Shown here in pieces: positions 1 through 11,240 of a DNA stretch of 64,000 nt. The notes beneath the pieces were generated by a model. The model searched no databases. It was given only the letters and a program-made list of their open reading frames with translations, and was not told the DNA's origin. The stretch covers positions 43,214,001 to 43,278,000 of the forward strand of contig OX597818.1 of assembly GCA_951406725.2 (NCBI GenBank), in the 5' to 3' direction. Positions within the stretch are counted from its first letter, which is position 1; every line of letters begins with the position of its first letter. The translations under genes and the position numbers were made by a program. This DNA comes from Octopus vulgaris. Lineage: Eukaryota.

Positions 1-143
1 GTAAGCAGCTTGCTTACCAACCACATGGTTCCGGGTTCAGTCCCACTGCGTGGCATCTTGGGCAAGTGTCTTCTGCTATAGCCCCGGGCCGACCAATGCC
101 TTGTGAGTGGATTTGGTAGATGGAAACTGAAAGAAGCCCGTCG

Positions 144-178
<35 letters not shown>

Positions 179-382
179 GTCTGTGTTTGTCCCCCTAGCA
201 TTGCTTGACAACTGATGCTGGTGTGTTTATGTCCCCGTCACTTAGCGGTTCGGCAAAAAGAGACCGATAGAATAAGTACTGGGCTTACAAAGAAGTCCCG
301 GGGTCGATCTGCTTGATTAAAGGCGGTGCTCCAGCATGGCCGCAGTCAAATGACTGAAACAAGTAAAAAAGAAAAGAAAAGA
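1..382 (+). mobile_element. tRNA-derived SINE family A (~400 bp, internal (TA)n/(TG)n), cut by the window edge
   Basis: B-box-like GGTTCAGTCCC; near-identical reverse-complement copies at 31658-32051 and 36028-36433; (AAAAG)n-like tail. Confidence 0.9.
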
Positions 383-1795
383 ATACGCAGCCTCAGTCTT
401 AGAGGAGAAGGAAAATAAGATTCTGTGACATTCATGTCTTTTTCAAAAACATTAGTGTAAGCAGAGAGATATGACTATGGCCAGTAATCAGAACTGGCAT
501 ATAGATTCGGCTTGCTTCAATTCTATATAGTGTTCACCTTTTGACATCAAATAGTGAATTAATATCCTCCACTTAGACAGCTTCATTGTTCGGTTCATTT
601 TATTTCTTTTATTTTCGTATGGCATATTTTTTCCTCTTTTTTTTAATCTTATGCAAATAGTTCTATGTCTATATATTTCATTAGTTATAACTATACATAT
701 TTTTTCTCTTTATAAACCATGTGTACTTTAGCTGTAGTCTCCCCCAACCCTCACTGTTTTATTAAAGTTTTCAAGAGAGATTGAATAAGCCAACAAATTA
801 AGCAGTTGAAGTCAAATACTCGCCCCAAGGGATAATATTTTCCTTAGCTAATCTTGTGTACAGTTGCCACACATTGACAGTTTATCAATAAAACAGACTG
901 ATTGAGAAGCTGCTTGCCGTATAGAGAAAAGCTGGAGAAGTGTGGCTATAACTGAGTTAATCACTTACTCCTACGAAATATTTTATCAAGTTTTCCATTG
1001 CTGGCATGAAGTAATCATTTTCCCGTTCAAGCACTAGACGTCTTTGATGTGTCAAAGTAAGAATTTTATTTCATGAAGTTCTCTATATAAAAGTCTTACC
1101 AAAATTAAACGGATGAAATGTACTTTTCAATTAAAAAGGTTTCTTCTACTTGAGTGTTTTATTACCAAAGCTGTTCATGGTTTCGGAAAATTTGAAAAGT
1201 GCCGCAACCACCACCGCCACCACCACCACCACCATTATCACCATCATCGTTTAACATCCAATTTTCAGTGCTGGCATGTCTCACAACATCTTACAACTTG
1301 TCAACAGTCTTTTATCATCTACCAAGCACAGACGCAAAGAAATCACCAACATTTGTTTTTGCACATGTCACAATTTTTTTTTTTTGTGGGTGCTTGAGAT
1401 CCTGAAACCAAGATGCCACATAAAAAAGCATTAGCAATGGCATTGGTGCTACATAAAAACCACCCAGTACACTCTATAGAGTGGCTGGTGTTAAGAAGGG
1501 TATCCAACTATAGAAACCATGTCAGAGCAGGCAATGGGACCTGGTGCAGCTCTTGGCCTGGCCGGTCCCTGTCAACCCATCCAACCCATACCAGCATGGA
1601 AAACAGACATTAAATGTTGATGCTGCTGATGATTATGATGATGCATACATGGTTGGGTACCTTCCTATCACCAACCATTTAACAGCATGGATTAGTTTAT
1701 CAGACTAAGAACTTTAGAGCAGTTGCCTGTGACAAGACTAAATAGTTATATATATATACATATATGTGGAAACTGAAAGAAGCCTGTCGTATTTA

Positions 1796-1844
<49 letters not shown>

Positions 1845-1845
<1 letters not shown>

Positions 1846-2011
1846 TACGACAGGCTTCTTTCAGTTTCCGTCTATCAAATCCACCCACAAGGCATTGGTC
1901 GGCCTGAGGCTATAGCAAAAGACACTTGCCCAAGATGCCACACAGTGGGACTGAACCTGGAACCATGTGGTTGGTAAGCAAGCTACTTACCACACAGTCA
2001 CTCCTGCACCT
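1845..2011 (-). mobile_element. SINE family A, 5' half
   Basis: Matches the head of family A up to the internal microsatellite. Confidence 0.85.
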
Positions 2012-4079
2012 ATATTAGATTTTACAGTTTTTTTACTATGGGCCTCTAAGGACTACATAACTCCATTTTGGAGTCGTAGTCTTTATGACCAATGTAGTTC
2101 TTCATTTGGTGAAGGACATCTGGATCTTTAACAGGACTTAAAATTTGTATCTATCATATCCAAGCCTACTGTGTTTGTGATTATAGACAGCACTTAACCA
2201 CTTTCTTCTGTCAAATTTAGCTACAAATGGTTTATGGTATAAACTAACACCTTTATCTCTTCAAATATCCCATTCGTTTGGCAGATAATTTGTCAGCCAC
2301 TTCGATAGGTCATTATTCTGCTACCCTTTCTCACAGACAAGTATCACATATGGCCGTTCAATATTTATAACAAGAATTAACTCCCAAGAATATGAGTGAT
2401 TATTAATAAATGGCTAACACTTTAACTTAGATTATGTTAGACATTGTGAGTACAGTTACCTGGAATATGATAGATATGCAGTTCAAGTCATGTTGGCTGG
2501 CCTCTACATTATTTGGCCATGATCAGTGCTTATAATGTCTTTTGTATTAAAATCTTAACCATTATTTTATAATGACTTGCCCTCCCTCCCCCAGACACAC
2601 ACATGCACACGCTCATGCCATCACAAGCTCACAGGCAATCCCTCTCCCCATCTCTCCTTCTATCTTACCTTCTCTTCTTCCTTCCTCTCTTCCTGCTTCC
2701 TCTCTTTCCTGCAAACATGATGAAATTACTTTGCATTTAGTAGAGATCACTTCATTTTCCAAACGAACTTCTTTTCAATTAATAGTTATAAAGACTAGTG
2801 AATATTTATAGTGTTTTAGCATTAAATAATTACAACATTGTGTATTTTATTATGACCTTTTTATTTCCTGATGTTCCAGTCATTTATTTTCAATCCATAT
2901 TTAGATTTATGAACTCTGAAAATGAAACATTTCAACATTTCAGCTCATGCTTTTTCCCCTACCTTCCTTTTTTTCTTTTCTTTTCTTTATCTTTGAATTG
3001 ATGGTTCTGTAAATAAATCTTTTTGTTTTTTTCTTGTTTTGTTTTTTGTTTTGTTTTGTTTTCTGCACAAATCTTAGAAGACATTGAATGAACTTTTCAG
3101 AAGAGGGAAAAAAAAAATTTTTTTATGTAATTAATCAAAAGAACGCTCTGTTTACAACTTAATACAGTGTTCATATCATTAATATTCACCGCCACTACCA
3201 TCACCTCCACCACCACTATCATCACCATCACGTACACCGCCATTATCACCACCATCACCACCATCATCATCACCATCACCAACTATCATGTGTTCTTTGA
3301 CTGCTTCAGACGCTATGTGATGTGCATTTATCTATTAAGTTTCAACTGTGACTCTTACAAGTTCCGACGTTGCAATAATTAAAGCAGCAAGTTCAACTTC
3401 ACTTTAATGAAAATTATGTCAGTTTTTCAATCAGTGATTTTAGTATGTATGTCTTCAGTCTCAGAAGTTATAGAAACACATCCTTGATATAATTTCACCA
3501 AGTTATACTAGTTAAATGATTTCCCTTCTTCCATCTGCATCTCCTCCTCTACATACACACACTGTTAAAGTAATTTGTCGATTAAGTGGTTTTCTAAAAA
3601 GCAAACTATATCTTCTGTTGATTTTTTTTTGTTTTTCGTTTTTCTTTTATTTTTGTTTTTTGTTATCTAACATCGTTAAAGAGATATTTTGAAATCTGTT
3701 TACATTTTTTTTTTAAATTTTTACCCGTTTATAAAGTATTACTAAAAACACCAAAGTGAGTTTCTTTATTATTTGATTGACCTCTGAAAAGTGTTATATC
3801 TTCATTTATTATTAAAGTGTTTATGTTCTGGGTTAAAGCATTAGTAATTAAAAAGGAGAGAAAAAAGAAAGAGAGAGAGAGAGAGAGGAAAGACAAGAGA
3901 GAGAGAGAAAATGAGAGAGTAGCAACAGTCTTTGTAACTTAGGCTATTAGATGACCTAGGAACTTTCCTTTGAATTTCATAATTGTAAAATTTCTTTTTA
4001 TTCTGAGAAGTTAAACATTGACATAAATTTCTCTTATGTAGCGACATCTATCTTAAAAAGAAAAATAAATGCAGAAAGT

Positions 4080-4124
4080 ACACATACATATATTACATAT
4101 ATATATATATATATATACATGCAC

Positions 4125-4201
<77 letters not shown>

Positions 4202-4208
4202 CATACAT

Positions 4209-4262
<54 letters not shown>
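4080..4262. repeat. Compound (TA)n/(CATA)n/(CA)n microsatellite
   Basis: Direct reading. Confidence 0.95.
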
Positions 4263-4265
<3 letters not shown>

Positions 4266-4691
4266 TATTGATATGGTGGCTGATAGACTGTCATTAAAGC
4301 TCTGGGTAGCTTGTTTTGTGGTTATCATTCTGGCTCTCTGTGCTCTGAGTTCAAATTCCACCGAGGTCAACTTTGCCATTCATGATTTCAGGGTTGATAT
4401 ATAAAGTACCAGTCATGTACTGGGGTTGGTTCTTCTTTTCTTCTCTTCTGGAAGAAATCAGCTGTAGTCAGACCTGGAGAGGAATGGGCTTTCTGAATTA
4501 AAGAAAAAATATCTAAGATGTCATACATCATGACAATATCCTTACTACTCCATCAACAAGTTGAAGGCGTAAGGCAAGGCATATTATTAATATAGTTTTC
4601 TACTTTGAAAAAATCATTCTTAGATAAATAGATTTTGAAAATTCATCTTGTCAATTTCACCATTCTATATATTTATTTAATTAAGTTTATG

Positions 4692-5716
4692 TAATAAATG
4701 GTTTTAATTATCAAAGTTCTCTTCAAAGAGATTACTGGAAGTAGCGTATATATTCTATAACCTAAATGGCACAATTTGTTCCAGTGATAGCGAGTTATAG
4801 CTTAATATCTAGGTTTCATGTTGGCTAGAAATTTAGAAAATTACAGCCTCTAATAGCATCTAGGGATTCTCTCTCCAGATTAAAGTAGAATATATAATTA
4901 GTAATGGAAATAGGTTACAATTTCAGAAAGTCTCCTAAAATTGGAGTTGGAATGATTTGTGTAGCGTCTGCTAGATATATATAATGACAACTTGAGTGAA
5001 AGTTTCAGTGAAAATGAGTTGAGAAAATAACTGGGTATTGAAAGTATTGGCCAAGGTGGTTGGTATGGACTTGTAATATGATTAGATGATATATTCTGGA
5101 AGAAAGTACAACATGGTAGGCCAACTATGAAAACCTGGGATGCAGTTAGAGTGAACATTTAAAGGTTGATTTGAAAATACCATTATTGAAAATAGTCTTT
5201 TTTTTTTTCCTTTAATTATCAAGTTGATAATTTTCCAGTCATTATCAATCAATTTTCATTGATTTCGATAGATTGTCTTGGAAACTGTTTGCAGAATATT
5301 TATTGGGAGTGTACTTGACCAATAAACTTTTTGATTTTTTGCTTTCAATAAATCCTGACTTCAGAGATACAAGCTGGAAAAAAAAACTCAAGTTTATAAG
5401 AAGTTGCATGTGAAGTATTGATACTATAAGCTCGACATGCTTATGAAATCAAAAATCAGTACAGTATCTATGACTTCCAAAAACCCTTTCTTGTGCTCAG
5501 AACTGTTGCCGTAAGGAATGAACCACTCATGTCAATTGCTAGTTCTCAGGACACTTTATTCATCAAAACTTCCAAGCTTCCTGAAATTCACCAACACTAC
5601 TCTTGATGTACCTTAACATGCTCCATTCTTTTGTGCTTTAGCCTCTATTTTAATAAATAATTTTATCAAAGTTCTCTTCAAAGGGATTGCTGGAAGTAGC
5701 ATATATATTCTATAAC
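4692..5716 (+). repeat. ~70-bp direct repeat pair (~4692-4761 and ~5651-5716)
   Basis: ttatcaaagttctcttcaaag.gatt.ctggaagtagc.tatatattctataac occurs twice. Confidence 0.85.
4765..5170 (+). mobile_element. Highly decayed RTE-clade LINE 3' fragment (same type as the 51 kb copy)
   Basis: Remnants G*KFRKLQPLIASR..FSLQIK, SENELRK*LGIESI, GWYGLVI, HGRPTMKTWDAV. Confidence 0.65.
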
Positions 5717-5984
5717 ATATGCTTGCAGTTTTGGCTATCAGTGCCTTCTTTCTTTACATATTGCTGCATTTTGTACCCTCTTTTAACCTTTTTTTTCTCA
5801 TGAAATGTAATGCACCTGACTACTGTACACAATAAGCTTTGAACAAAATGCTTAACTGCATTTCTTCCAGCTCTTTATGTTCCATTTTCATCTGTTCAGT
5901 GTCAGTGTAATAAGTACCAGTTGAACCCTGGGGTAAATATAATTGACTAGCCTCCTCTCTGCCTATCATAAAAAAGATTATTAA

Positions 5985-6375
5985 TGAGCTGACAAAATTG
6001 TTAGCATGCTGGACATTTCTGAGTTCAAATTCTGCTGAAGTTAACTTTGCCTTTCATCGTTTTGGGGTCAGTAAAATAAGTACCAGTGAGTACTGGGGTC
6101 GATGTAATTGACTAAGCGCCTCCCCCAAACATGCTGGTCTTTTGCCAAAATTTGAAACCATAAAAGGCAGCAAGCTGGCAGAATCATTAGCATGCCAGGT
6201 GAAATGCTTAGCGGCATTTCTGTTTTTATGTTCTGAGTTCAAATTCTGCTGAGGTCAGCTTTGCTTTTCATCCTTTCAAGGTCAATAAATTTAGTATCAG
6301 TTGAGCACTGGGGTCAATGTAATCGATACCCCCTCCCCCAAAATTTCAGGCCTTGTGCCTATAGTAGAAAGGATT
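5985..6375 (+). mobile_element. Two tandem diverged family B-related SINEs (related copies at ~25030-25243 and ~27540-27750, minus strand)
   Basis: Two successive ttctgagttcaaattctgctga...tttgc.tttcatc...agtacc/agtatcag..g..actggggtc blocks. Confidence 0.75.
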
Positions 6376-6415
6376 ATCATTATTACATGCTTTATTGCAA
6401 TGGGTTGACATTGAC

Positions 6416-6458
<43 letters not shown>

Positions 6459-6564
6459 GATTATTATTATTATTATTACTATTTTAAAGGAAACTAATTT
6501 AACAAAGCAGATAATCTTTGTCTGTCTTTTCCCCTGATCAAATAGTAAAATATTTTTGTTTCAG

Positions 6565-6634
6565 AATTCCTCTTGTTATGGATATTGTAGCCGTGTTCTT
6601 CTGTCTTCTAAGCTATTTTATATTTACTATCTAA
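6565..6634 (+). CDS. Possible terminal coding exon encoding a hydrophobic tail-anchor-like C-terminus (IPLVMDIVAVFFCLLSYFIFTI*)
   Basis: Acceptor tatttttgtttcAG (AG 6563-6564). The phase-2 frame gives 22 mostly hydrophobic codons, then TAA at 6632-6634. No upstream coding exon was identified in the window. Confidence 0.25.
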
Positions 6635-6733
6635 TCGTGTCATCTGCTAATTTGTTCGTCTAAAACTTTAATTAAATTTTTTCATAAACAAATTCCACAC
6701 TACATCTAATCCTGTGTGAAAACCAAATTACTC

Positions 6734-6799
6734 TTCTAATTTGTTTCTTTATTTCTCTTATTTTAGGTAAGTGATATTTTGAAAATTTGTTTGGTAAGT
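6734..6799 (+). other. Recursive-splice-like site (AG|GTAAGT) with a 27-nt RS-exon/microexon at 6767-6793
   Basis: Branch-like CTAAT (6736-6740), long pyrimidine tract, TAG (AG 6765-6766) immediately followed by GTAAGT, and a second GTAAGT at 6794-6799. Confidence 0.5.
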
Positions 6800-7720
6800 C
6801 CTTATTTTCTTATCTTTCCTGCTTATTTATTTATTTATCTGGAAGTATTGCTTACTCTTGGTGGGTTTCTCTATTTTAAAGGATTCAGAATGGTTAATTG
6901 AAGAAAACAAGTTGACAACTAACAAATACTATCTTGACAATTCCTCAGCTATCTCATTTTAAAAGATTTCTTATGATTTAGCTTTAATGTCAGAGTAACA
7001 AAACAATAAAAAAAAATAAAATTAGATTTCCTATAGTTGTATAATGTAAACCTACCAACAAATCAGTCTGTTGTAAATATTTCAACTATTTCATTTTCAA
7101 AGAGATTTCCCTGGAGATGTTTTAGTCTAATCCAAACAAAAATAAACTTTAAATTTGAGTTAGAAACTCCAGAATTATTTCGAGTTAGTTGTAAGTTTTA
7201 TTTCTCAGAAATAATTGGTTCTTACAGTTTTATAAGAAGTTTTAATGACTGTCAATTTTTTTTTTTAAATAAACGATATTGTATACTTAATAGTCGTATT
7301 AGATATTTAATTCTTGCAGGCATGGTCATGTGGTTAAGAAGTTTGTTTCACAACTGTATGTCGTAGGTTTGATTCCACTGTACAACATCTTGGACAAGAA
7401 TCTTCTCCCATAGCTTTAGGTTGAGTGAAGTCTAGTGAGTGAAATTTAATAGGACAGAAAATGTTGGAAGCCCACTGATTCCTGTTCCTGGATGATAGGC
7501 TTAATCCATCTTTCAGTTTAATTCCACCATCTGGTCCTTTGTTTCATACTCAGGCCAGATCTCCAACCTGAGAATAACTTCTTCACATGCTCCAACCAGT
7601 CTCAGAGGCTTTCAAAAGGTCTACAAGTGTTACCTTTTCTTCTCTGATTAAGCCATTTAAAGAAACAAGGAAAGAAAGAAAGAAAGAAAGCAGGGACTGA
7701 TGCTAATTACATGTTCTGTT

Positions 7721-8018
7721 TTGTTTGTTCCTTCTCGAGCCATGCCTGGCTCATAAGGGCTGGTTTCCTTGGCATATAGGTTCCCCACCTGGATGGGACG
7801 CCGGTCCGTCACAGGTGAGCTGCAAGATGCAGGAGGAAAGAGTGAGAGAAAGTTGTGGCGAAAAAGTCAGCAGAAGTTCGTCATTACCTTCTGCCGGAGC
7901 CACATAGAGCTTAGGTGTTTCGCTCATAAACACACACATCGCCCGGTCTGAGATTTGAACCCGCAATCCCTTGACCGCGAGTCCGCTGCTCTAACCACTA
8001 GGTCACATGCCTCCACAC
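7721..8018 (-). mobile_element. tRNA-derived SINE family D, full length, 12-bp TSD
   Basis: Minus-strand head GGAGGCATGTGACCTAGTGGTTAGAGC...GGTTCAAATCTC (A/B boxes). TSD acatgttctgtt at 7709-7720 and 8019-8030. Confidence 0.9.
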
Positions 8019-8684
8019 ACATGTTCTGTTAGATTTAGGTTTCTATTAAATTGTTGAAATATTTACAATGGTTTTTTTTTTATTGGGATGTTAACATTAA
8101 TAGGTTTCTAAATGGATAATGAATATTGTACATACCTGTTTACAGGTGTGTGTGTGTGTGTGAGCAAGAAAGCTTAACATAAAATACTTTGAGCATTTAA
8201 ACACCTGATAATATTTTTTTCTTAATTTTTAATCATAGTGAACCTCATCCATAAAATGTTTGTCTCATGGTAACTTTTAGTTTCTTTATCTATGACCAGT
8301 TAGTATTAAAAATCTAAACCTATACAGTATGATGAATATCATAAGATTTCCCTTGTGAGACAGAAGATAACAGTGCATGCATCAATATCACTTGTATCAC
8401 TTGTATTGGCCAGACTATCAGATGTTGGTATACAACACTGGTTACAATGCACCAATTCTTTCTTGATTGTGCACTTTATCTTCATCTTGGTCCAAATCAT
8501 TTGACTAAATCATTTTCTCATTCTTATGGAATCTTAATCTTAAGAAAGTTTGGCAAATTTTTATTGTCTCAGATATCACGATCATTTGTAGTTTATAAAT
8601 ATGTACATACATGTGTGCATGTGAGAATGCATGTGTACATGTGTAGTTATATGTCTTTAAATATATATATATATATATAACATC

Positions 8685-8938
8685 AGCTGATTGGCACCTG
8701 TGCCGGTGGCATGTGTAAAAAGATTCAAGTGAGGCCATTATCAGTACCGCCTGACTGGCCCCCATGCCTGTGGCACATAAAAAGAACTCACTACACTCTC
8801 GAAGTGGTTGGCACTAGGAAGGGCATCCAGCTCTAGAAACTCTGCCAGATCAGATTGGAGCCTGGTGCAGCCGTCTGGTTCACCAGCCCTAAGTCAAAAT
8901 CATCCAACCCATGCTAGCATGGAAAGCGGATGTTAAAC

Positions 8939-8965
<27 letters not shown>
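8685..8965 (+). mobile_element. Family C retroposon with (GAT)n tail (other copies at ~1413-1645 +, 53840-54016 +, 54330-54570 -, 63917-64000 -)
   Basis: Same 3' block CCAACCCATGCTAGCATGGAAAGCGGA.GTTAAACGATGATG; two internal repeat units. Confidence 0.85.
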
Positions 8966-8969
<4 letters not shown>

Positions 8970-9310
8970 GTCTTCTGAACGGCCTTTTCTGATTTCTTGG
9001 ACAACACTCAGCAACTACATAGGTCCATTTGTTATCAGTGAGCCCAGTGATATGCCCTGCCCAGCAGAACTTGTGCTTTTCAATACTCTGTGATCACATC
9101 ATTCATTCTGCTCCATTCTTGAATGACCTCATTTCAGATATGCTCTCACAATGATATTCCCAGTATGGATCTTTCCATGGCCTTTTATGTCATAGACAAT
9201 TGATATTCTTTGTTTCTATATCGTAATCCACATCTCACTTGCATATAAGAGTGCTAGTAGGCTGGTACCATTGAAATGACTGGCACTTAGGGTCTTGAAG
9301 AGGAACATGA
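8966..9310 (-). mobile_element. Decayed RTE-1-like LINE 3' fragment
   Basis: Minus translation: FNGTSLLALLYASEMW...KAMERSILGISL*EHI*NEVIQEWSRMNDVI...KFCWAGHITGLTDNKWTYVVAECCPRNQKRPFRRP, the typical RTE C-terminus (LYGSETW...QRAMERSMLG...WAGHV...WYPR..KRPRGRP). Confidence 0.8.
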
Positions 9311-9489
9311 AATCATCAATACACTGTTGATTATTTTGATTATTTGTTGCTTGGAATCCCAGAAAGATGTTTGGTATTTGTTATAAGAATATTGTAGTCC
9401 AGATGAAATTGTCAAAATGGACTAATTCATCAATTATTATGAAGTCTGCTTGAATTTTATCATATTTTATATATGTACATACTTGTTTA

Positions 9490-9500
9490 TCTATCTATTT

Positions 9501-9560
<60 letters not shown>

Positions 9561-9598
9561 ATTTATCTATCTATTTATCTATCTATCTATCTTTCTAT

Positions 9599-9646
<48 letters not shown>

Positions 9647-9758
9647 ATATGATGATGATGAATACTGTGTGTGTAAGAGAGGACATTCAACCATAAAACA
9701 CTGCCTAAAATCATTCCATCCAACTGAGACTAGTAGGGAGAAACAGATGTAGAAATGA

Positions 9759-9790
<32 letters not shown>

Positions 9791-9867
9791 ATAGTGGCTG
9801 CTGCAATAATGACAGCAACTGCAATTGTGTATATATATGTGTGTGTGTATGTGTGTGTATATATATA

Positions 9868-9905
<38 letters not shown>
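9490..9905. repeat. (TCTA)n, (GAT)n/(GGT)n and (TG/TA)n microsatellites
   Basis: Direct reading. Confidence 0.95.
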
Positions 9906-10958
9906 GTGTGTACTTTTTTTGGTGGGGAAAATCTTGATTATGTAGAATTTTCCAATTATGCTTACACTGTACATGCTCTTGCTCAGTTGTCCAGAATTTC
10001 TAAACCAGACACAAATTATTTATTTATTTGTTTGTTTGTTTATTTATTTATTTATTTATTTATTTACTATATCTATGACTCACTGTAAGCCATGATTGTT
10101 ATGGAATTATGTTTTGTTGTTTGTTTGCTTTAAATAGCAGGCACCTAACAAATAACAGAGACTGACTGATAACAGTGGTTGAAAACTTTCTCTCCACTCA
10201 CATCTCGAACCCCCACCCCACCCCCACAGCCCTTTTTCCAATGTTTTCTATATTTAAAATAATAATACAACATTCCCCCTCTCCCCTGCCGCCGCCTCCA
10301 CTCTTCCTATGCCTTTCCATTAGAGAGAGATTTTGTAAGGTGGAATTCATGAAATTCCTAGCTAATTATTATTCCTTATTCATTGTTGTTCAAAGTGGAA
10401 TGCAGCTTAAAATTGTTGTTAGTGACAAGTCTGTAGAAAATCTTCTCAATAACCCCTATTACTACTGCAAGTCCTAGCTACCACACCTGTAATGGAAGAG
10501 AAAGACATGTCTAGATCATCATCATCATTATTATCATCAACAACAACAACAAGAGAAGTGGATTGGCAGAATTGCTGGAGTGTCAGAAAAAAAAGCCTTG
10601 CGGTATTTTTTTTTCTGGCTCTTTATGTTCTATGTTCAAATCTCAATGCAGTCAACTCTCCCTTTCATCCTTTCAGAGTCGACAGTATTGCCTAAGCTGC
10701 CATCCCAAATATACATACATGTATGAAAAAAAAAGTTGTGTTCATTATGCAGTAAAGAAATAGGTAAAAACTCCGGTGTGAACTATACGTGCACAATAGG
10801 TGTATGGGATCACAAGCAAGCTGAAAGTGAATAAAGACTTTGTATGTGTCAGATGTACAGGAATAGCTAGCAGTCATAGCACCAATAAAATAATTCTTTC
10901 CAAAGCTTAGAAGGCTCCATAGAAGTTGTTGATATCTTTTGTTACGTAAACAATCCAA

Positions 10959-10960
<2 letters not shown>

Positions 10961-11011
<51 letters not shown>

Positions 11012-11240
11012 GATAGATATATAGATAGATAGATAGATAGATAGAGACATACATACATACTGATTGTAAACTATATATATATGTGTGTATGTGTGTGTAC
11101 TTGTATGTATGCATGCTTGTATGTATGTAGGTATGTATGTATGTATGTATGTATATGTGTGTATGTATGTATGTGTGTACATATGTATGCATGTATGTAT
11201 GTATGTATGTATGTGTGTATGTATGTATGTGTGTATGTAC
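10961..11240. repeat. Compound (TA)n/(GATA)n/(TATG)n microsatellite
   Basis: Direct reading. Confidence 0.95.

Noticed and set aside
14-211. Recurrent peptide 'AIAEDTCPRCHAVGLNPEPCGW' (also at 1795, 14718, 31844, 36203, 62788), resembling a CxxC protein family
   Set aside because: It is the antisense translation of the family A SINE head; the recurrence reflects SINE copy number.
1113-1405. Poly-His / poly-Pro ORFs (similar poly-Thr/Ile at 3167-3382 and poly-Glu at 49208-49468)
   Set aside because: Trinucleotide microsatellites next to retroposon tails or promoter-type GA tracts; no splice or domain support.
7940-8018. tRNA-like sequences (also ~27340-27410, ~54990-55060, ~31980-32050)
   Set aside because: They have A/B boxes but no complete cloverleaf, run into SINE bodies and mostly carry TSDs, so they are SINE heads rather than tRNA genes.
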